Assembly: GCA_964247055.1 (NCBI GenBank)
Contig: OZ176051.1
Span: forward strand, 11,780,001-11,844,000
Direction of reading: 5' to 3'
DNA length: 64,000 nt
Origin: Paragordius varius
Taxonomy: Eukaryota; Animalia; Nematomorpha
Numbering within the stretch: position 1 is the stretch's first letter; each line of letters starts with the position of its first letter. The translations under genes and the position numbers were made by a program. Shown piece after piece: positions 29,071 through 40,600 of this stretch. The notes beneath the pieces were generated by a model, which was not told the origin of the DNA, did no database searches, and was given only the letters and a program-made list of their open reading frames with translations.

Positions 29071-29586
29071 CCATTACTTTTCAACAATCAAATAATATTA
29101 CCCGTTGCTACTATTAGTATTTCCAACAATCAACCATTACTTTTCAACAATCAAATAATATTACCCGTTGCTACTATTAGTATTTCCAACAATCAACCAT
29201 TACTTTTCAACAATCAAATAATATTACCCGTTGCTACTATTAGTATTTCCAACAATCAACCATTACATTTCAACAATCAAATAATATTACCCGTTGCTAC
29301 TATTAGTATTTCCAACAATCAACCATTACTTTTCAACAATCAAATAATATTACCCGTTGCTACTATTAGTATTTCCAACAATCAACCATTACTTTTCAAC
29401 AATCAAATAATATTACCCGTTGCTACTATTAGTATTTCCAACAATCAACCATTACTTTTCAACAATCAAATAATATTACCCGTTGCTACTATTAGTATTT
29501 CCAACAATCAACCATTACATTTCAACAATCAAATAATATTACCCGTTGCTACTATTAGTATTTCCAACAATCAACCATTACATTTC
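29071..29586 (-). repeat. Near-perfect tandem array of a 63-bp (21+42) satellite variant, 8 full copies plus a partial copy
   Basis: Unit CAACAATCAAATAATATTACCCGTTGCTACTATTAGTATTTC+CAACAATCAACCATTACTTTT. The only variation seen is one T/A site (copies 3, 7, 8). It produces the 21-aa periodic ORF 29032-29646. Confidence 0.97.
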
Positions 29587-29651
29587 AAAAATAATATTAC
29601 CAACATTCAAATATATTACCTAAGAATTTTCGAGTATTTCCAATAATCAAC

Positions 29652-32600
29652 TTGGAAATATTGTTTGATTGTTGAAAAAATGTGGTTGATAATTATAAAT
29701 ACTAAAATATTCTTGGGTAATATTTTTTTATTATTGGTAATATTTTTTTTGAAGATATATGGTTGATTGTTGGAAATACTAAAAAATTCTTCTCTAATAA
29801 TATTTGATTGTTGGAAATATTATTTGATTGTTGTAAAAATATGGTTGATTGTTGGAAATACTAAAATATTATTGGGAAATAAAATTTGATTAAAAATATT
29901 ATTTAACTGTTGAAAAAATATGGTTGATTTTTGGAAATACTAAAATATTATAGGGTAATAAATTATTATTGTTGGAAATATTTAATTGTTGAAAAAATAT
30001 GGTTATTATTGGAAATACTAAAATATTCTTAGGTAATTTGATTGTTGGAAAATACTAAAATATTCGTGGGTAATATATTTTGATTGTTGGAAATATTATT
30101 TGATTGTTGAAAAAACATGGTTGATTGATGGAAATAATATAATATTCTTAATTATTATATTTTCATTGTTGGAAATACTGAAATATTCTTAGGTAATATA
30201 TTTTAATTGTTGGAAATACTAAATATTTGTGGGTAATATATTTTGATTGTTGGAAATATTATTTGATTCTTGAAAAAATATGGTTGATTGTTGGAAATAC
30301 TAAAATATTATAGGGTTATAAAATTTCTTGTTCGAAACATTATTTGATTGTCGAAAAAATATGGTTGATTGTTGTAAATGATAAAAAATTATTGCATAAA
30401 AAAATTTATTGTTGGAAATATTATTTTGTTGTTAAAAAAATATGGTTGTATGTTGGAAATATTAAAATATTATTGGGTAATATATTTTGATTTTTGGAAA
30501 TATATTTTGATTGTTGAAAAAATATGGTTGATTATTGGAAATACTAAAATATTCTTGGGTAATATATTTTGATTATTTGTAATATTTTTGATTTTTAAAG
30601 ATATATGGTTGATTGTTAGAGATACTAAAAAATTCTTGGGTAATATATGTTGATTGTTGGTTATTTGATTTTTGAAAAAATATGGTTTATTGTTGGAAAT
30701 GCTAAAATATATTTGTGTAATAAATTATTATTGTTGGAAATATTTAATTGTTGAAAAAATATGGTTATTATTGGAAATACTAAAATATTCTTAGGTAATT
30801 TGATTGTTGGAAATACTAAAATATTCTTAGGTAATTTGATTGTTGGAAATACTAAAATATTTGTGGTTAATATATTTTGATTGTTGGAAATATTATTTGA
30901 TTTTTGAAAAAATATGGTTGATTGTTGGAAATGCTAAAATATTTTTGTGTAATAAATTATTATTGTTGGATATATATAATTGTTGAAAAAATATGGTTAT
31001 TATTGGAAATACTAAAATATTCTTAGGTATGATTGTTGGAATTACTAAAATATTTGTGGGTAATATATTTTGCCTGTTGGGAATATTATTTGATTGTTGA
31101 AAATAATAAAATATTAATATATTTTTATTGTTGGAAATACTAAAATATTCTTAGGTAATATATTTTAATTATTGGAAATAAAATATTTGTGGGTAATATA
31201 TTTTGATTGTTGGAAATATTATTTGATTGTTCAAAAAATATGGTTGATTTTTGGAAATACTAAAATATTCTTGGGTAATATATATTGATTATTTGTAATA
31301 TTTTTCATTTTTAAAGGTATATGGTTGATTGTTGGAGAATCTTGAAAATTCTTGGGTAATATATGTTGATTGTTGGAACTAAAATATTATTGGTTAATAT
31401 ATTTTGATTGTTGGGAATATTATTTGATTGTTGAAAAAATATGGTTGATTATTGTAAATTCTAAAATATTTTTGTGTAATAAATTATTATTGTAGGAAAT
31501 ATTTGATTGTTGGAAATGCTAAAATATAATTGGGTAATATAATTTCTTGTTAGAAATATTATTTTGTTGTTGAAAAAATATGGTTGATAGTTGGAAATAC
31601 TCAAATATTATTGCGTAAAAAAATTATTGTTGGAAATATTAATTTATTGTAGAAAACATATCGTTGATTGTTGAAAATACTAATTATTGGGTAATAAAGT
31701 TTTATTGTTGGAAATATTATTTGATTTTTGAAAAAATATGGTTGATTGTTGGAAATACTAAAATATTCTATATAATTTGATTGTTGGAAATACTAAAATA
31801 TTTGTGGGCAATATATTTTGATTGTTGGGAATATTATTTGATTGTTGAAAAAATATGGTTGATTGTTGTAAATACTAAAATATTCTTAGATAATATATTT
31901 TCATTGTTGAAAATACTAAAATATTCTTAGGTAATATATTTTAATTGTTGGAAATACTAAAATATTGGTGGGTAATATATTTTGATTGTTGGAAATATTA
32001 TTTGATTTTTAAAATATGGTTGATTGTTGGGAATACTAAAATATTCTTAGGTAATATATTTTCATTGTTGGAAATACTAAAATATTATTAAGTAATAAAA
32101 TTTGATTGTTAGATTGATTATTTGATTATGAAATATGATTTGTTGGAAATTGATTGTTGGAAATATTATTTGATTGTTGAAAAAATATGGTTGATAGTTG
32201 GAAATACAAAAATATTATTGTCTAATAAAATTTGTTGGAAATATTATTTTATTGTGGAAAACATATCGTTGATTGTTGAAAATACTAATTATTGGGTAAT
32301 AAAGTTTTATTGTTGGAATATTATTTGATTGTTGAAAAAATATGGTTGATTGTTAGAAATAACAAAATATTATAGGGTAATATAATTTGATAGTTGGAAA
32401 TATTATTCGATTGTTGAAAAAATATTGTTGATTGTTGGAAATACTAAAATATTATTGTATATTAAAATTTGATTGTTGGAAATATTATTTGATTGTTGAA
32501 AAAATATGGTTGATAGATGGAAATACTAAAATATTATTGTCTAATAAAATTTTATTGTTGGAAATATTATTTTATTGTGGAAAACATATCGTTGATTGTT

Positions 32601-33269
32601 GAAAATACTAATTATTGGGTAATTGTTGGAAATATTAGTTTGGAAATACTAAAATATTGGGTAATAAAATTTGTTGTTAAAAATATTATTTGATTGTTGA
32701 AAAAATATGGTTGTATGTTGGAAATACTAAAATATCATTGGGTAATAAAATTTGCTGTTAGAAATATTATATGATTGTTGTAAAAATATGGTTGATTGTT
32801 GGAAATACTAATTTGTTATTGGGTAATAAAATTTGTTGTTACAAATATTATTTGATTGTTGTAAAAATATGGTTGATTGTTGGAAATACTAAAATGTTTT
32901 TGGGTAATAAAATTTGATAGTTGGAAATATTATTCGATTGTTGAAAAAATATTGTTGATTGTTGGAAATACTAAAATACTCTTGGGTAATATATTTTGAT
33001 TGTTGGAAACATTATTTGATTGTTGAAAAAATATGGTTGATTTTTGGAAATACAAAAATATTCTTGGGTAATATTTTGATTATTTGTAATAGTTTTGATT
33101 TTTGAAGATATATGGTTGATTGTTGGAGATACTAAGACTTCTTGGGTAATATATGTTGATTTTTGGAAAACTAAAATATTATTGGTGAATATATTTTGAT
33201 TTTTGGGAATTATTTGATCGTTGAAATATGGTTGATTGTTGGAAATGCTAAAATATATTTGGGTAAAAA
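29652..33269 (+). repeat. Degenerate satellite block, GATTGTT orientation
   Basis: Forward units resume at CAATAATCAAC|TTGGAAATATTGTTTGATTGTTG; many substitutions and indels relative to the 1-23 kb array. Confidence 0.95.
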
Positions 33270-35567
33270 TTTTCAACAATCAAATAATATTTCATACAAT
33301 CAAAATATATTACCCATATATATTTTGGTATTTCCAACAATAAACCATATTTTTTCAACTTACACAATAACATTTTAGTTCCAACAATCAACCATATATT
33401 TTCAAAATTCAAATAATATTTCCAACAATCAAAGGATGTTACCTAAGAATATTTTAGTGTTTCCAATAATCAACCATATTTTTTCAACAATCAAATAAAA
33501 TTTCCAATAATCAAATTTTATTAACCAATAATATTTTAGTATTTCCAACAATCAACCATATTTTTTCAACAATTAAATAATATATCTAACAATGAATTTT
33601 TATTACACCATAAAATTTAAGTATATCCAACAATTAACCATATTTTTTACAATCAAATAATTCCATAAATACACCATATATTACAACAATCATATAACAT
33701 TTCCAGCAATTAATTTCTATTACCCAAAAAATTGAAGTATATCCAACAATCACCATATTTTTTAACAATCAAATAATATTTCCAACAATCAAATTTTATT
33801 ACCCATTAAAATTTTAGTATTTACAACAGTCAACCATATAATTTCCACAATAAAATAATATTTCCCATAATAAAATTTATTAGACAATAATATTTTAGTA
33901 TTTCCAACTGTCAACAATATTTTAACAACAATCAAATAATATTTCTAACAACAAATTTTATTACCCAATAATATTTTAGTATTTCCAACATACAACCATA
34001 TTTTTTCATAAATCAAAAAATATTTCCAACAATGAAAATATTATTACCCAATAACATTTTACTATATTCAACAATAACCATATTTTTTAACAATCAAATA
34101 ATATTTCCAACAATCAACCACATTTTTTCAACATTCAAATTATGTCTCCAACAATGAAATTTTATTACCCAATAATATTTTAGTATTTCCAACAATCATA
34201 TAAATTATTCCCAGAAATAAAATTTTATTACCCAAAAATATTTTAATTTATCGAACAATCAACCATATATTTTCAATAATCAAAATTTCCAACAATAAAA
34301 CTTTATTACCCAATAATTAGTATTTTCAACAATCAACCATATGTTTTCTACAATAAAATCATATTTCCGACAATAAATTTTTTTACGCAATATTTTTTTA
34401 TCATTTCCAACAATCAACCATATTTTTTTTGACAATCAAATAATATTTCGAACAAGAAATTTTATTACCCTATAATATTTTAGTATTTCCAACAATCAAC
34501 CATATATTTTCAACAGTTAAATAATATTTTTAATCAAATTTTATTACCCAATAATATTTTAGTATTTCCAACAATCAACCATATTTTTACAACAATCATA
34601 TAATATTTCTAACAAGAAATTTTATTACCCTATAATATTTTAGTATTTCTAACTATCCATATTTTTACAACAATCAAATAATATTTCCAACAATAAACTT
34701 AATTACCAATAATTAGTATTTTAAACAATCAACGATATGTTTTCTACAATAAAATAATATTTCCAACAATAAATTTTTTTACGCAATAATTTTTTAGTAT
34801 TACCAACAATCAACCATATTTTTTCAACAACAAAATAATATTTCCAACAATAAAATTATTTTACCCAATTATATTTGAGTATTACCAACATTCAACTTTA
34901 TTTTTACAACAATCAAATAATATTTCCAACAATAAAATTTTATTAGACATAATATTTTAGTATTTCCAACTATCAACCATATATTTTTAATAATCCAAAA
35001 TATTTCCAACAATAAAATTTTATTCCATAATACTTTATTATTTCCAACAATCAATCATATATTTTCAATAATCAAAATATTTTAGCCAAGATTTTTTCAG
35101 TATTTCGAAAAATCAACCATGTTTTTTAAACAATCAAATTTATATACCCAATTATTTTTTAGTATTACCAACAATCAACCATATTTTTTCAACAATCTAA
35201 TAAAATTTCTAGCAATCAAAATATTTTACCCAATAATATTTTAGTATTTTCAACAATCACAAATATTTTTTCAACAAAATAATTTCCAACAATCATAATA
35301 TATTACCCAAGAATATTTTATTGTTTCCAACAATCAACCATATTTTTTCAACAATCAAAATATAGTAACCAATTATATTTTCCCATTTCCACAATCAACC
35401 ATATTTTTTCAACATCCAATAATATTTCCACCAATCAATATATAGTACCTAATTCATTTTAGTATTCCAACAATCAATTTTTTCTACAATCAAATATTAT
35501 TTCTAACAATCCAAATATATTACCCAATAATTTTTAATTATCAACAATCAACCATATACATTTCCAA
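33270..35567 (-). repeat. Degenerate satellite block, inverted orientation; right end of the satellite domain
   Basis: Second flip at GGGTAAAAA|TTTTCAACAATC (33,269/33,270). AACAATC units continue to ~35,567. Confidence 0.95.
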
Positions 35568-36470
35568 AATTTTCGATACATGAGAGTGTTTTTTTCAATG
35601 GATTAATATAACAAAGGAAAATAATAATAAAATTAATTAAAACAAATTTCGAAAAATATAATTATAAATGATAAAAAATGCAAAGTGATGTCCATGTGCT
35701 ATTGTTTTTTTCTTGGCGTGGTAAATATTTTAAAGTAATCTGTTTCTTTTAGAAAGTCTTTTGTGACTTTTTTAATTTATTTCCTCTCTTCTCTTCTGTT
35801 GATTAGGTGTGTACTATTTGAATGGATAAAACAAGCTTCCAAAATCAACCTATCGGATAATTTGTCGGCTTGTGCTACAACGGATGCTGGGCCGAAGGTG
35901 TGGCCAGTATTGTTGCAATGGTCGTATGCCGAACCTTTTCTATTGTGTTCTTTTTCTCTAATATTTTTAGGGCGTTTAGATTGTCCAATATAGTGCGCTG
36001 GACAATCATTACATCTTTTGTCGTAGACAGTACATTCGTTTTTTGGTTCTCGGCGTGGTCTTAATAAACTTAATAAATTCTTTGGTGGTTTGTAATAAAC
36101 ACGCATCCTTTTTTGTTATAATGTTGTTAACTTTTTTGGTTTGCTATAAGTCAGGCAAATACATCTTTCGGGGGGATTTTGCTTTTCCCTTGGGTTTAAT
36201 ATATTGTTTATTGCTGTTATCCAATGCTTATAACCTTGATCAAGTAATATGGTTACGATTTCTGATGTTTAAAATGTTCGTACCTTTATGTCATTTGGTA
36301 ATCTAAGCGTTCTTTTTAGAAACGCGTTTGTTATGGCTTTGTAAGTTTCTACTGGATGGTTAGACGTAATGGGTAAAAATTGGTAACAGAAAAGTTCTTT
36401 ACAATGGACTTTTATGTGTATACTATTGATTCTACGGGTATGATTGAACAAAAATTATTATCTTAACATA
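35568..36470 (-). mobile_element. Decayed Penelope-like retroelement: RT C-terminal region plus C-terminal GIY-YIG endonuclease
   Basis: Minus-strand translations give QFLPITSNHPVETYKAITNAFLKR (36269-36451, matching the SNHP motif of PLE RT C-termini), ILLDQGY, and TVYDKRCNDCPAHYIGQSKR..REKEH..AYDHC..GHTF..R.ILE (35777-36106). The latter has a GIY-YIG core with the Cys-x2-Cys/His pattern of PLE endonucleases. Frameshifted and 5'-truncated. Confidence 0.9.
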
Positions 36471-36489
36471 AAATATTCGTTCTTGTTGA

Positions 36490-36615
36490 CAATATAATCA
36501 ACCATATTATTAAAAAATATTTTCAACAATCAACATATAATCCCCAATAACGTTTTAGTATTTCCAACAATCAACCATATTTTTTCATCAATCAAATATA
36601 CCTAATAACATTAAC
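36490..36615 (-). repeat. Short satellite remnant beyond the Penelope-like fragment
   Basis: TTTTAGTATTTCCAACAATCAACCATATTTTTTT and related units, in the same orientation as 33,270-35,567. Confidence 0.8.
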
Positions 36616-36702
36616 AATATAGAATTTTTAAGTTAATTTTTATTTTCTGGCCTCCAAAAGTCGCAATTATTTTCTACTTTAAAAATTGGTTCGTTTTTTT
36701 AA

Positions 36703-37273
36703 CACTTGGATACAACACACTCATTTTAGTCCTTCGATTCAAATTGGGGTAGTTGGATACCGCAAGCCTGTTTAAAAACAAATACTTTAAAAAGTATGGA
36801 AGCAATCAAAACCATGGCAAAATTTTGCACTTATATAACATTAATAAACAGAAACATATAAAAAATTTTATTTAAAAATACTTGATATTTCTTATTTTGA
36901 GCTAAAACAGAAAGGTAAAAATTTAGTCAATGTGACATGTGTAAAATGTAAAATTAAAAAATAATACAAAATAAACCGCTTTTTCTATTTCTATCTATGT
37001 TAGATGTAATTTATATAAAAAATAAGCTTTAGTTTTACCCTTAAAATTAAATAAAGACGATATTTTATCGAATTTTTGTAAAATAAAAATGGCGTCGAAG
37101 TAGTTTGAGATGGAAATATTTTTTCAAAACAAAATTTTATCAAGATATTTTGGCATTTTTTTATAATATTTATCAGGATAGAAGCATAAATTTAAATTGG
37201 GACCGTTTCCTTCAGTAGTTTTTTTAAAATTTTAATTTAAATTTAGTCTGGGGTATTTAGATACCCCAATTTT
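36703..37273 (+). mobile_element. Non-autonomous TTAA-flanked DNA transposon (MITE family A, piggyBac-like), copy 1
   Basis: Starts TTAA|CACTTGGATACAACACACTC. Aligns by eye along its whole length with the reverse complement of 57,457-58,019. Confidence 0.75.
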
Positions 37274-37289
37274 TAACTAAACTCAAAAA

Positions 37290-37996
37290 TATGGCTATTG
37301 CGGGATAAAAAGATCAAATTAAAATTATCTTTTAAAAATGCATACTTTTTTAAAAAATTTATTTTTTATGACAATTTGAAAGAAACGTACTTTATACTAT
37401 TTTGAGGCATCGTTGAAACAGTTTATAACCGCTTTAAGATATTATAAACATTTTAAACATAAATCGATGGCTAAACATTTCTATCACTTCAAAATTTAAA
37501 TCAAAGGTTCGTTTGTTTCATGCAAATTTTGAAAAATACAATTATATTCAACATAAATTTGAGCACGAAACGGATATTTTAATCACAATTCTGAAATGAT
37601 CGAAATGTTTACATTTTAGAATTATTTCTAATTAATTTATAATAATTTAAAGTGTCTTTTACGGTTTCCTCATGCCTCAAAATAATATTAAGTGAAAAAG
37701 TATGCATTTCTTTATAAAAATTTTTAGTTGATATCAAAATTTAATATATATTTAAAATCGCGCAATTTCGAAATTTTTTCGTTTATTTAATGAAAACTAG
37801 CCCTTTTAGAAGAACGAAAAAAAGTTGCGACTTTTTGAGCCCAGATCCAAAAATTTATTAATTTATTTGCTTTTTATAAGTATTTTATGATATATTTTAG
37901 TGACATTTTTTGAAATGAATTAGGCTTTCACCGAAAAAATTTATTTAAAAAATGTGCGCATGGCATTTTATGATATGGAGCACCTACCATAAAAGG
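37290..37996. mobile_element. Long-inverted-repeat MITE (family B) remnant ending in ...CCATAAAAGG|TTAA
   Basis: Internal inverted arms AAATGCATACTTTT..TATTTTGAGGCAT (~37,336-37,450) versus ATGCCTCAAAATA..AAAAGTATGCATTT (~37,630-37,712). Related to 46,285-46,870 and 38,570-38,762. Confidence 0.55.
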
Positions 37997-38569
37997 TTAA
38001 ATAACTTTATTATATAACATGTAAAAGCCAAAATAAAAAGCACCATGAAATCCTGATATATTAGTCGATCAGAATATACAATTCATCTGATGTTTTTTGG
38101 GCACACTGTTTATAAAGAGTTTTATGGTTCAACTTAAATTTTTTTCTACCGAGCCTAATTAAAAAAATCTATACTATTTTAATTTTAGGATATGTGCCAT
38201 TGATTATGAAAAACTTCAATAAATTCATAGTGTGTTTTTTGCTGTATTATTTCATAAGTTTTGGTTGAAAATGATCATAAAATACGAATGGGGTGGAATA
38301 AATATGTAATCATAAATACATTTTCAAGGCACACTTGCCGGCTTTTTTGCTCAACTTGCCGCCCATGACTTTCAATTAAAGTGTTTCTTTTTTATCACCC
38401 TACTATGATATACACAGTGTACATCGGGGGGTATAAAACAATATCCTGTGAATTATTTTTAATAGGAAATATTAAGATTATCATGGTGTTGGTTTTGGAC
38501 CTTATGAATGATATAACATTATTTACACTTTTGTGGTAAGTTATCAAAAAATACCAAAATATGCTTATA

Positions 38570-38762
38570 TTTTTTAAATAAAATTCTTTCGGTGAAAGAA
38601 GGATAAATAATTGTTAACTCATCTATATCATAACTGCATATAAAAAACAAAATAATATTTTTAAAAATAATTTTTAGATATGGATTCCGAAAGTCATAAG
38701 TTTTTTTGCTTCTGAAATGGGCTAGTTAAGAAACCAAAAATTCCCGATGCGCGATAAGAAGG
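38570..38762 (+). mobile_element. Family B arm fragment
   Basis: TTTCGGTGAAAG..AAAGTC..TTTTTTTGCTTCTGAAATGGGCTAGTT..GATGCGCGATAAG resembles the arms at 37.7-38.0 kb (inverted) and 46.3/46.8 kb. Confidence 0.5.
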
Positions 38763-40329
38763 TTAAATATAAACTAAATTTTGGAAAATATTTTTTAGGG
38801 CAAATTTTATCATATCAGCAAAATTTATTGTAGACTACTTGATACTAATTTATTGGAAACAGTCAACCGCTTGCATTTTACTAGCACTTTTTCCATATAA
38901 TTCGATAAGGATGAACATTTCGCTTTAGAATTTTAATAAAATCTTATATTTAACATACAGATGAAAATGAAGAGATATTTCAATTATAATTTAAAACACA
39001 CAAAACTGTAAAATAAATATTACCTTTTATCTATTAAATGAGAACAATGTTAAATGTTATTTAAATTATCTCAAAAGTTAGATTATTTACAAAATTGAGC
39101 TCTAGTAAAACTACCCCGAATGAAGCGTTAAATACATTAACTACTAAAACATATGTAATATTAAGTTATGGTAAACAACTGATTTGCTAAACGTGGTAAA
39201 TGTGATGGTAGATTTAACGGGTAAAACGGCTCGCAAAAGTGGCTTCTTAGAAAATAGCATATCAAATCATGCCTTATTTATTGCCGCTTTAGTTATTGTA
39301 TCTGTGTTTGGTAAATTATTTATATAATATAAATAATAGGTTATATTGCATATAAATTATATCAAAGTATACAGAACAAAAAAAAGCGAGAGAAAAAACA
39401 TAAAACCAAACGAGAAAAGGCTATATCTCATCATGCAGCTAAGAAAGCAACTTGACATAGCTTTAAATTAGTGTTTTAAAATTATATTTATCAGATTATC
39501 ACTGCCCTTCTGACAATAAATTTATGGTATAAATTTTGTACACTTTGATTTTTTCCATAATTTAATTCATTTTTAAAAACTTAAACCAAAACGAAAGTTT
39601 TTTTTGTTTTGATAATTAATATGTTAAAATCGCCAAATTCTTTAAATTCATACAGTTGAAATTTTAATTTCGCAAAATTGTCTAACATATATAGACAAAT
39701 AATGGTAATTAACCGCGCGTTCTTTGCTGAAAATTTTTTAATTATCATTCAAAATCTTTAGGGTTTGAAATATATTTGTTATATGGTTAGTTGGTAAATT
39801 ATAACCAATAAAAACTATAAAAGATTTTTTAGATAAATAAGCGAAATTTTTGACTTGTACTTAACCACAACATGTCATGTTTAATTTTGACTTTTTAACA
39901 AAATACGTGATCCTACTATTTATTTATCAAGCCACAAAAAAGGAATCTAAACTTCAAATTTTTAATCTATAACTATTCTGATTGGCATTTTTCAGTTTGC
40001 TTTTGAAAGTTATAGTCAAAATACTGAAAACATTCATTTACATTATGCATTAAATGGTTGTTTATATTACATTATAGTAGGGCGATTTGCAACACAGTAG
40101 TATGGAAAAAACAACAAAATGTTGTATAAACAAACCTGGTTATAAAATATTGATTATATTATTTAATCAAAAACATTTAATAAATCAATTTTGTTTTTCC
40201 ATATATTTTTGCAGTATTATGGATTTATCATTTAAATGGCGTCTAATTTAATCAATTTGCAATTTTACATTTTTAAAAAAAATATTTTGCATGATGTTTG
40301 GCATAGGTCAAAGATGTATCGTCTTTGTG

Positions 40330-40600
40330 TAATGGCTAGCCATTGTATCCGTATAGAAGCTGTCTGTAAATTTGCGATCCTGCCAGGTGTTATCATGTTG
40401 GCAACACTTACATCATTATTTATTGTTTTTCCAAGTTAAATGTTGGTCTACCCCTGCGATTGCTACCTTCGTAATGTAGGGATAAAATTTTATTTGTCCA
40501 TTGTTCTGGACCACGTTTGATGTGTCCGAAATAACTAAGCCTATTTCTGAGCATAATATTTAAATGTTCGATTTGGTACAACTTTGAATTTGCTTATTGG
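40330..40600 (-). mobile_element. 3' fragment of an RTE-like non-LTR retrotransposon ORF
   Basis: The minus strand of 40,441-40,560 reads NIMLRNRLSYFGHIKRGPEQWTNKILSLHYEGSNRRGRPT, followed after a frameshift by TW. This matches the RL.(W/Y)FGH..R...G.R.RGRP..W motif at the C-terminus of RTE-clade ORFs. Confidence 0.78.

Noticed and set aside
29032-29646. 204-aa ORF of NNQIILPVATISISNNQPLLF repeats as a real protein
   Set aside because: It starts at TTG with no ATG, lies wholly in a 63-bp satellite variant and has no splice or coding context. The open frame follows from a stop-free unit whose length is divisible by 3.
24614-35054. Short ORFs in the satellite (IVGN/NNQ-rich peptides)
   Set aside because: They are translations of the repeat units that appear where mutations removed stops, and they recur with the duplicated junction.
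35763-36306. Plus-strand hydrophobic ORFs (76, 64 and 87 aa) as membrane proteins
   Set aside because: They are antisense to the Penelope-like coding sequence.
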